Shown: positions 28,915 through 35,779 of the stretch, piece after piece
Layout: each line of letters begins with the position of its first letter
Numbering within the stretch: position 1 is the stretch's first letter
Assembly: GCA_049523355.1 (NCBI GenBank)
Contig: JBEKMY010000005.1
Coordinates: 28,148 to 92,147 of the forward strand
Length of the DNA: 64,000 bases
Reading direction: 5' to 3'
Origin: Smithella sp.
Lineage (GTDB): Bacteria > Desulfobacterota > Syntrophia > Syntrophales > Smithellaceae
Notes under the pieces: model-generated
What the model was told of the DNA's origin: nothing
Databases searched by the model: none
The model's input: the letters and a program-made list of their open reading frames with translations, nothing else
Program-made: the position numbers and the translations under genes

Positions 28915-30072
28915 TTAATTTACCGTCACCTGGTATGTTATAGTGGCAGATGAGTTGGCCGGTAAAATACCTGTGGCTAATGCCCCCGCGGTACGGCTGG
29001 TGTTGTTGTCAATCAGTAATCCGGGGGTAATCAGAGGAGAGGTAGCTCCATCGCCGTGAACGGTAATGCTGTTCAAAAGGGTCGAGCTGGCGACATATGT
29101 CGTATATGCCGGCACAGGATCAATCACAGTAACGTTGGTAACCTGCGCGACGGGATGGGGATTTGTAACTACAATCGTGTAGGTAAGCACAGTACCAGGG
29201 ATTATCCCGGTAGTAGGACTTACTGTTTTTGTTATTGTCGCCTTCGGCGAAGACACGGTGGTTGTAACGCCTGTTGTAACCAGCGCTGATCCGCCCGAAG
29301 CCGCCTCGGTAATGGTGAAGAAGGTACTGTAAGTTCCATCTGTTCCGGGTGTGGTTGGTGTGCCCGCAGTCAGCGCCGCCGTCAGGGCAGCGGTCTTGTA
29401 TTCACCAACCTGGGTACCGGCGGCAACACTACCCGCTGTAATGGCCGTTCCACTGATCAAAGTCAGGGTCAGGGTAGCGGGAACTTCAGGTATCAGTGCG
29501 CCGGTGCCAGCATTGGTGGAGGCCGCAGAGCCAGCAGCAATGCCCGTCACCGTATATGTGCTGGCTCCAATCTGTACGGTGGAGGTATTTACCGTTAATT
29601 GGGAGGTAGTGCCGAAAGGAACTTGAATGGTTCCGGCTCCCGACGCACCAACCGTGATACCACCCCAAAGGTTAACACTGGCTGTAACAGATGTTGCCGT
29701 CGCAGCCCCTACATTTGTTGCAGTATTGTTCAGGAGCGACGTACTGTAAGTATCATAACCATTGCTGTTGGACGCGACTTTATAGACATAAGTCACGGCG
29801 CCTCCGGCGACTGTAGTCTGACCAACCGGGTTGGTAACCGTCGGCTGAGCACCCACTGTGTTAACTGTTACGCTGACATTAGCGGTCGCAAAGAGCACGG
29901 TCGTACCTGACGTGTAGTTCACCATGACCGTGTTGTAAATGGTCGCGCCGCCGCTTGTTCTGGCCTGAGCTGCCTGCGGCAGTGCAAAGGCCAACAACGC
30001 CAGTACCGCAAAACCGGTAATAAACGTTCTGATTGCTGTTGATCTGATTCTACTAAATTTCTTTTCCATCAT
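28915..30072 (-). CDS. Secreted Thr/Ser/Gly/Ala/Val-rich DUF11-type protein (385 aa), putative major fibre subunit
   Basis: A strong RBS (AAGGAGGA) precedes the start. The signal peptide ends ...LPQAAQA|RTSGG, and the mature part has no Cys. The C-terminal DUF11 domain reads TKTVSPTTGIIPGTVLTYTIVVTN...VIDPVPAYTTYV...SATITYQVTVN*. Confidence 0.8.
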   Translation of the reverse strand: MMEKKFSRIRSTAIRTFITGFAVLALLAFALPQAAQARTSGGATIYNTVMVNYTSGTTVLFATANVSVTVNTVGAQPTVTNPVGQTTVAGGAVTYVYKVASNSNGYDTYSTSLLNNTATNVGAATATSVTASVNLWGGITVGASGAGTIQVPFGTTSQLTVNTSTVQIGASTYTVTGIAAGSAASTNAGTGALIPEVPATLTLTLISGTAITAGSVAAGTQVGEYKTAALTAALTAGTPTTPGTDGTYSTFFTITEAASGGSALVTTGVTTTVSSPKATITKTVSPTTGIIPGTVLTYTIVVTNPHPVAQVTNVTVIDPVPAYTTYVASSTLLNSITVHGDGATSPLITPGLLIDNNTSRTAGALATGILPANSSATITYQVTVN

Positions 30073-30130
30073 ACTTCCTCCTTAAATAGTTTTGTTTTTA
30101 AATTTTTATAAATACTCGAAATATTCTCTT

Positions 30131-30607
30131 TTATTTCGTTTGCACCTGAAAACCGACCTGACCTTTACCGTGAGCAGGAACCACATTGACCGTCCAGCGG
30201 ATATGGGTGTATTGTTCCGGAGATGCGGTCTTTTTTTCCATCTTGCCGTTTACTTTGACCTCGTAGGTAAGCAGAGAAGGCTTCTTAAAGGTCTTGCCAC
30301 CGTCAATGGAAAAGGTTATTTCCGCGTTATCACCAAAGGCACTGCCGGGAATATAGACAGATCCTTTTGGTATCGGATCATCCAGAAAAGAGTTTGTCGC
30401 CTCCTTATCGCCGGAGTTAACGTAATTGATCGTGTAAAAAATCACGTCTCCAGGATTAACCTTGTCAGCGGCAACCCTCTTTGTAACCTTGTTTACAGTT
30501 ACCTCTTTTTCCGCCTTCATGTGTACTGTAATGAGTGCTTCGGCAAAAACCTGCACTGAAAACAGCAGCAAAATCAGCGCTATCAACAATGGAATAAATT
30601 TTTTCAT
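30131..30607 (-). CDS. Small secreted Lys-rich single DUF11-like domain protein (158 aa)
   Basis: A strong RBS (AAGGAGGA) precedes the start. The signal peptide is MKKFIPLLIALILLLFSVQVFA|EA. The DUF11 core reads VNPGDVIFYTINYVNSGDKEATNSFLDDPIPKGSVYIPGS, and the protein ends GQVGFQVQTK*. Confidence 0.75.
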   Translation of the reverse strand: MKKFIPLLIALILLLFSVQVFAEALITVHMKAEKEVTVNKVTKRVAADKVNPGDVIFYTINYVNSGDKEATNSFLDDPIPKGSVYIPGSAFGDNAEITFSIDGGKTFKKPSLLTYEVKVNGKMEKKTASPEQYTHIRWTVNVVPAHGKGQVGFQVQTK

Positions 30608-30728
30608 TTCATCCTCCTTTTTTCTTTTTTAAAATTGTTCTTGTTAAAAATATGTCCTCTCTTTTACGCTTTCTTTATATTTCATATCAAAAACAGCATC
30701 GAAACCGCTTCCAACGCAATTTTTGCAG

Positions 30729-33695
30729 TCAATTTACCGTCACCTGGAAGACTATTGTGGCAACTCCGCCTGACGGTAAAGTACCGCTCGCCGCGACCGC
30801 TGCAGCACGACCGCTGTTGTTGTCAATCAGTAATCCTGCAATCAGCGGTAAGGTAGAGCCATCGCCGGCCACAGTAATACCGTTCAATCTGGTAGAATTA
30901 GCCACATATGTGGTGTAAGCGGGCAAGTGATCAATCGCAGTAGCGTTTGTCGCTGTTCCGGCGCCGGTATTGGTAATAGTTATCGTATAGGTAAGAACCT
31001 GCCCGGGATTGACGGGACTGGGGCTGGCCGATTTAACAACGGTCAGTGCCGCCGGCAAAGTTACCGACATCGAGGCATATCCGGTATCGCTGACCGTCCC
31101 TTCAGTACCTTCAGTTGCTGTGACACTGATAGACCAGTTGCCTGCGGGGTAAGACGATAATACTTGAAATGCGTAGTCGTATGTTTTCGTCAGGCTCGTC
31201 AGGCTCGCCGGGTAGTAGGTCATTGCAGCGGCAGAGACAATTGTGGTGCCGCTGGGATTCTTGATCGTTATTGTCGGAATATTGACGATATCATAGCTGC
31301 CGAAGGGGTCGCTGACCACCGCACGGATGTAAACCGTGGTGCCGGACGCAACCGAGGATACAATGCTTCCGCCGGGATAAGCAGCACTATACAGGCTGAT
31401 GCTGTTAACATTGATGACATTTTGAGATGGCAGACTCACATATGAATTGTTCGTACCGCTCATTGGATAAACGATAACATTGCGAGTTCCGTTACCGGTA
31501 CTCTGGTTAATGACAGTGAGCTGCCAACTATTACCAGTGGCACAAGTCATGGGGAGCGTTGCAGTTCCATTCGCAGCAGTTAAGGTAAAATTGTATGCAT
31601 TTACTGCTGTAGACATATTGGTTTCAGTCACGTTCCCAGAACTCAGATATGTGCCGGTCGCCGAAGAACAGGCCAGACGAACTTCAACATTGCGGGTTGC
31701 AGTTGCATCGGAGGCCAGATATAGTGTTACCGGAACTGAAGCATTGATTGTTACGTTTGAAGCCAATACCGGATTTTCTGCCGACGTATATGACCCGCCG
31801 GTTTTAGCCAGGGTTTGGGTACCTGTCAATCCCGTTGGTTTTGTGCGGGATAGTTTCCATGTTGGCGTTGACGTGCCGTCATACAAATAGAGTAATTTGG
31901 TTCCCGTACCGGCTGCCGTCCCGCCAACCGTGACCACCGGTGCAACAAGCGTTACAACCGCGCCATTGGGGTTGGTGACGGTAGCGGTATTGTTGATGGC
32001 GGTGCCCGGTGTGTCCGTACTGACAATGGTTGCAGTATAAACAATCGTCACGGAACCATTGGCGGGAATACTGATGCCTGTAGCGCTTAAAGCACCCGCA
32101 CTGTAAGAGCATGTTGCTCCTGACGGACAACCGGTTATGGTTTGGCCTGTCAGATTGGTGGTGTCGATGGTGTCGGCGACAGAGATGCCGCTGGTCGCGA
32201 GTCCGCCGTTTTCATTCAAGGTGATGGTATATTGCAGGGTATCACCGGCCGCATAATTGCTGCCGGTGAGGTCGGTAACCGTTTTAGTGGAAGTTGAAAG
32301 GTTATTTACGGGAACGGTTACCGTTGCGCTGTTGTTGTTGGGATTGTAGTCGGTGACCGAACCGGGGATGACAAGACTCGCTGTGTTGCTGAGCTGGGCT
32401 GGTGCCGGCGCGCTAACGGTACCGGTTATGGTGTAAGTCACCGAACCGCCATAAGGCAGGTTGGCGGTAGTGTTCAGGGCGTTACCGGAGCCGGAAGCAG
32501 CTCCGCAGCTTGTACCCGATGGCGAACCGGCAACAACGGCACAGGTCCAGGCAACGCCTGTAATATTTGTCGGGACATTGTCTGTGATTCCCACACCGGT
32601 GGCAGTAATGTTGTTGGGACCGTAGTTGATCGCGGTAAGGGTATAAGTGATCGGACTGCCTATGGTTGCGGTGGCAACAGATGCCGTCTTGGTGATGCCC
32701 AGATCTATGGAGGTGCTCGTGCCCTGATTGGTCACCAGCAGATTGCGGATTTCATGATAGTTGGTGGAACCGCCGGTACTTGCGGCATAACCGACCATCA
32801 ATGACTGTGAGGTGGAAATCGCGGGAAGCAGCGCGCCGTTAATCATCTGGACAGGAGTTGTATTATAACCAAACTGGATCCAGACATTAGCAGTCGGATT
32901 CGGCGCAGGACTGATCTGGATTATAACTTTACGATAGTTTGCGCTGGTCTGGACCGGCCGGGTTGCCCCGTTGTACCAAAGTGATCCGTTGTTGGCAGAC
33001 GTTGCAATCCAGGGATAAGAGGTGGTACCCTGAGTCGAGCCGATGGCACCATTGCCGAAGCCAACAACGGAGCCGCGAATTGTTACCGTATTGGCTTGTA
33101 AACTATTGCCGAGGTATCGTCCCTCGCAGCCGTAAGCGAAGTTGCCGTACTCGTCGACGCCGATCCCTACGTATCCTCCAGTGATCCCTGGCACGGTAGT
33201 GGCGGGTGGGTTGCAAGTTGCCGTGGAGAGCTTTTGCGCGTAACCGAGAGACCCGCCGAATGCGCCGATAACGAAACCTGGACCTGGACTTGGTACCCCT
33301 GCGTCAAAAAGGTATACACTGTAGCCGTCCGCTCCGCTGCCTCCCCAGGTGGCATAGTCGAACTGGACAAGAAGACCCTGGCTCAGGTCGAAGGGTGTGA
33401 TATTGTAAGCATAGCCGGTCTGGTTGCCCGAGTTGTTGGTGAGTCGCAGCCATCCCGAACCTACCGGGTCGATAGTGCCATTGCCTGTCAGGAGGGATGA
33501 AGTAGGATTGCCGCCTAATACCCAGTTGGTTTGATCTGTACCTGTCATAGGGGCATTTATAATTATGTAGCCGTACGATACACCGCTGCATATAAGCCAA
33601 ATAGCCATGGCCATAAGCAAAAGAGGAATGCTCCGCCGGAAGTTCAGGCTTGCACAGGTTTTATCAATCAGTTTTTTCCGGTAATAAAGAATCAT
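30729..33695 (-). CDS. Secreted 988-aa protein: an N-terminal L-type-lectin/LamG-like domain followed by several DUF11 repeats; putative tip adhesin
   Basis: The signal-like segment is IPLLLMAMAIWLICSGVSYG. The lectin-like block reads GSGWLRLTNNSGNQTGYAYN...LLVQFDYATWGGSGADGYSVYLFD. DUF11 repeats include ITKTASVATATIGSPITYTLTAINYGPNN...ITDNVP and TKTVTDL..AGDTLQYTITLNENG. The C-terminal domain is ~55-60% identical (by eye) to that of the 385-aa protein and ends ATIVFQVTVN*. Confidence 0.8.
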   Translation of the reverse strand: MILYYRKKLIDKTCASLNFRRSIPLLLMAMAIWLICSGVSYGYIIINAPMTGTDQTNWVLGGNPTSSLLTGNGTIDPVGSGWLRLTNNSGNQTGYAYNITPFDLSQGLLVQFDYATWGGSGADGYSVYLFDAGVPSPGPGFVIGAFGGSLGYAQKLSTATCNPPATTVPGITGGYVGIGVDEYGNFAYGCEGRYLGNSLQANTVTIRGSVVGFGNGAIGSTQGTTSYPWIATSANNGSLWYNGATRPVQTSANYRKVIIQISPAPNPTANVWIQFGYNTTPVQMINGALLPAISTSQSLMVGYAASTGGSTNYHEIRNLLVTNQGTSTSIDLGITKTASVATATIGSPITYTLTAINYGPNNITATGVGITDNVPTNITGVAWTCAVVAGSPSGTSCGAASGSGNALNTTANLPYGGSVTYTITGTVSAPAPAQLSNTASLVIPGSVTDYNPNNNSATVTVPVNNLSTSTKTVTDLTGSNYAAGDTLQYTITLNENGGLATSGISVADTIDTTNLTGQTITGCPSGATCSYSAGALSATGISIPANGSVTIVYTATIVSTDTPGTAINNTATVTNPNGAVVTLVAPVVTVGGTAAGTGTKLLYLYDGTSTPTWKLSRTKPTGLTGTQTLAKTGGSYTSAENPVLASNVTINASVPVTLYLASDATATRNVEVRLACSSATGTYLSSGNVTETNMSTAVNAYNFTLTAANGTATLPMTCATGNSWQLTVINQSTGNGTRNVIVYPMSGTNNSYVSLPSQNVINVNSISLYSAAYPGGSIVSSVASGTTVYIRAVVSDPFGSYDIVNIPTITIKNPSGTTIVSAAAMTYYPASLTSLTKTYDYAFQVLSSYPAGNWSISVTATEGTEGTVSDTGYASMSVTLPAALTVVKSASPSPVNPGQVLTYTITITNTGAGTATNATAIDHLPAYTTYVANSTRLNGITVAGDGSTLPLIAGLLIDNNSGRAAAVAASGTLPSGGVATIVFQVTVN

Positions 33696-33974
33696 TATAA
33701 CACCGATAAAAATGCTCTTTTTGTTTATGCGAAGTTATTTCCGCCCTTGATATCTTATATTCAAGGGCATCTGACTTCTTAAAAAAACACTTTGGTAACC
33801 CGTCCGTCCAGTTATTGCTTTTAAAGAAGAGGAGTGGGGGAAAGAACCTGAGCAGTTAAAAAACAATTTCGGATACGTGGCTTTGCGTCGCCGGATTACT
33901 CCGGGTTTGCCTTTATCAGTGTTCGTTTGATTTATATTTTTTCTTAATAAATCAGTTTATCTTGTTTCCTCCGG

Positions 33975-34218
33975 AAAACAAAAAAAGCCGCTCTTTAAAA
34001 AAAGAGTGGCTTTCTTTTTTTTCGAAAAAATACTTTTCGATTTTATAGGTTTGTTCTATAATTAACACTATAACAACACTACCTTTACTAGTACTTTTAC
34101 ATATATTCTCAACATATGAATTTGTCAAGTTTTTTTTCATATAAACGCATAACATCATTGGGGAATAATAATTCTTTTTCATAATGACCATTTCCTATCA
34201 ACTAATAATTATTACTGT
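33975..34218 (-). ncRNA. Candidate ~230-nt sigma54-dependent transcript: an sRNA, or a terminated leader upstream of the surface-protein locus
   Basis: The region is bounded by the -24/-12 promoter at 34229-34245 (transcription start expected near 34218) and the intrinsic terminator at 33986-34022. It is AT-rich. The only ORF (79 aa, 33952..34191) is low-complexity and reads through the terminator stem. Confidence 0.35.
33986..34022. terminator. Intrinsic terminator hairpin with T-tracts on both strands
   Basis: AGCCGCTCTTT-aaaa-AAAGAGTGGCT has an 11-bp stem with one G:U pair (plus strand) or A:C mismatch (minus strand). It is followed by TTCTTTTTTTT on the plus strand and TTTTTTTGTTTT on the minus strand. 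Confidence 0.6.
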
Positions 34219-34225
34219 CTGATAG
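34195..34225. promoter_or_regulatory. Second copy of the Fur-box-like palindrome (core TAATAATTATTACT), just downstream of the second sigma54 promoter
   Basis: CTATCAACTAATAATTATTACTGTCTGATAG contains the same 14-nt core as 19400-19413. Its outer arms CTATCA/TGATAG replace CTACAA/TTGTAG of copy 1. Confidence 0.5.
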
Positions 34226-34228
34226 TAA

Positions 34229-34245
34229 AAGCAATATGCGGGCCA
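34229..34245 (-). promoter_or_regulatory. Sigma54 (-24/-12) promoter candidate, second copy
   Basis: The reverse complement is TGGCCCGCATATTGCTT, with GG and GC at consensus spacing and a TTGCT -12 element. Confidence 0.6.
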
Positions 34246-34326
34246 AAACATTTGGACTCCTGCAATAATATCTATCATCTCTGAATAATTACACTTTTTA
34301 AATAAAATATCTTATGTTTGTTGAAA

Positions 34327-34366
34327 TAATACTACTGTATATAGTAAATCCACGAAATATGGTGGA
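34327..34366. promoter_or_regulatory. Second copy of the candidate upstream activator sequence
   Basis: AATACTACTGTATATAGTAAATCCACGAAATATGGTGGA matches 19522-19560 at 33 of 39 positions and sits at the same ~85-120 bp distance from the -24 element. Confidence 0.4.
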
Positions 34367-34991
34367 GAGTTTTCTATGCCATCCAGGAATCATCACCTAA
34401 ATGCCAATAGTAATAATTCTAACCTTATCGGTAAAAAATGGGACTTATATACTTGACTCTCTTTATAAATTGCTTCTTGTTTGTAGAAAATTAAATTATA
34501 GTTGCATTGGCCGATATTTTGTCAGGTGATCTCCTGAATATTGTTTATGTAATCTTAAACTTGTAACCTGACGCCTTGAATTTAAGCAATCTGTATGCCA
34601 CAGATATTAATTATAAAAACATTATCATTAATGATACTATTTAGCTTATAAAATCAATCACATGTGATTTAAACATTTGTTTAAAATATAAATAACAGTA
34701 TTTAATCATTAAAAGAAAGCGGGAATTTTCACAAAAAACAGGTTAATTTTACAAATGAATGTTTTGCGAAAACAGTTGTAAGCATTGCGGAGGGGTTCAT
34801 CATTACAAAGAAATTCATCATGAATTGACGGAAGAAGAAACGAAACAAATCTCTAGTAGAAATGAAATGATAATGTATGGGTATAATATTAGAAATTAAC
34901 ATAATACGCTTAGCACGAGGCTAAAAAAGACTAATTTCTTCATTCAACCTCCAAACAGAGGAAGTAAAGTATATAATTCCCTAAAAAATTC

Positions 34992-35023
34992 TTGACTTGT
35001 TAAAATAACACCGTTATTTTAAC
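34992..35023 (+). promoter_or_regulatory. Sigma70-type promoter (TTGACT-17 nt-TATTTT) overlapped by a perfect 11-3-11 palindrome; candidate TetR operator
   Basis: TTGACT lies at 34992-34997. GTTAAAATAAC-acc-GTTATTTTAAC lies at 34999-35023. An AAGGAG RBS and the TetR-gene ATG (35053) follow. Confidence 0.5.
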
Positions 35024-35052
35024 GTCGCTATTTTAAAGATAAGGAGCCGCTA

Positions 35053-35724
35053 ATGCCCAAAGCGCCCATGACGAAAGAAGAAATAGAAGATACCCGGGAA
35101 CGTATTTTAGATACAGCTCTTGACATCATCATTAAAGACGGATTTAACAATCTAAGCATACGTAAAATAGCCTCCCGTTTAGGCGTTACTGCCACAACTA
35201 TTTATAATTACTATACCAATAAGGATGAACTTAATCTGATGATCCGGATACGCGGGTTTGAGAAGCTCCATGACCTGCTTATAGAAAGATCAGCTCCATT
35301 TAACAATATCGAAGGGCAATTGAGGGCCATGATTCGCGGTTATGTTGAATTCGGCCTGACCCACCCCAGTTACTACGATATAATGTTCAATCTGCACACG
35401 CCTAAATATCTAGACTACGTGGGCACCGATATAGAACCTCTCGCCTATAATGAAAAACAGAACGCATTGAAGTGTTTTTCTCTTTTTATCGAACATATCG
35501 GCGCCTATATAAATGTTACCCAAGAGAAAAAAGATCAGTTCGTGGTGTACCTGCTGGTTAAATTCTGGTCTGATCTTCATGGCCTCGTCACGCTATGCAA
35601 CAGCCGGTTATTTCATGAAGTGCTGGACAACGTGGAGACCTTTATAGAGAAACGAACCTCGGACATGATAGAATATATTGTGCGGCTCAAAGAACGTCTC
35701 GATAAAGGAGAGGCGCTGTTTTAA
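35053..35724 (+). CDS. TetR/AcrR-family transcriptional regulator
   Basis: The N-terminal HTH is ILDTALDIIIKDGFNNLSIRKIASRLGVTATTIYNYYTNKDEL. Length is 223 aa. Confidence 0.9.
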   Translation: MPKAPMTKEEIEDTRERILDTALDIIIKDGFNNLSIRKIASRLGVTATTIYNYYTNKDELNLMIRIRGFEKLHDLLIERSAPFNNIEGQLRAMIRGYVEFGLTHPSYYDIMFNLHTPKYLDYVGTDIEPLAYNEKQNALKCFSLFIEHIGAYINVTQEKKDQFVVYLLVKFWSDLHGLVTLCNSRLFHEVLDNVETFIEKRTSDMIEYIVRLKERLDKGEALF

Positions 35725-35779
35725 ACATAGGCGATAAGAGAATTATTAAATTTTTTATTTTAATTTGGAGATAAAACAC

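Noticed and set aside
28033-29910. Several 75-103-aa plus-strand ORFs inside the 398-aa and 385-aa genes (for example 28279..28539, 29351..29626 and 29599..29910)
   Set aside because: They are antisense shadows of Thr/Ser/Gly/Ala/Val-rich genes. ACC/GGT/GCC-type codons read as Val/Pro/Ala/Gly on the other strand, which keeps those frames open by composition alone.
33952-34191. A 79-aa minus-strand ORF in the AT-rich gap (MVIMKKNYYSPMMLCVYMKK...)
   Set aside because: Its low-complexity Lys/Asn/Tyr/Phe composition is typical of AT-rich non-coding DNA. It reads straight through the intrinsic terminator hairpin. The region is treated as candidate non-coding RNA or leader instead.
21400-34950. 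The surface-protein locus as a mobile genomic island
   Set aside because: No integrase, transposase, tRNA target or flanking direct repeats are visible. Only the compositional contrast with the AT-rich flank is seen. The question is left open under the AT-rich-gap finding rather than called as a mobile element.
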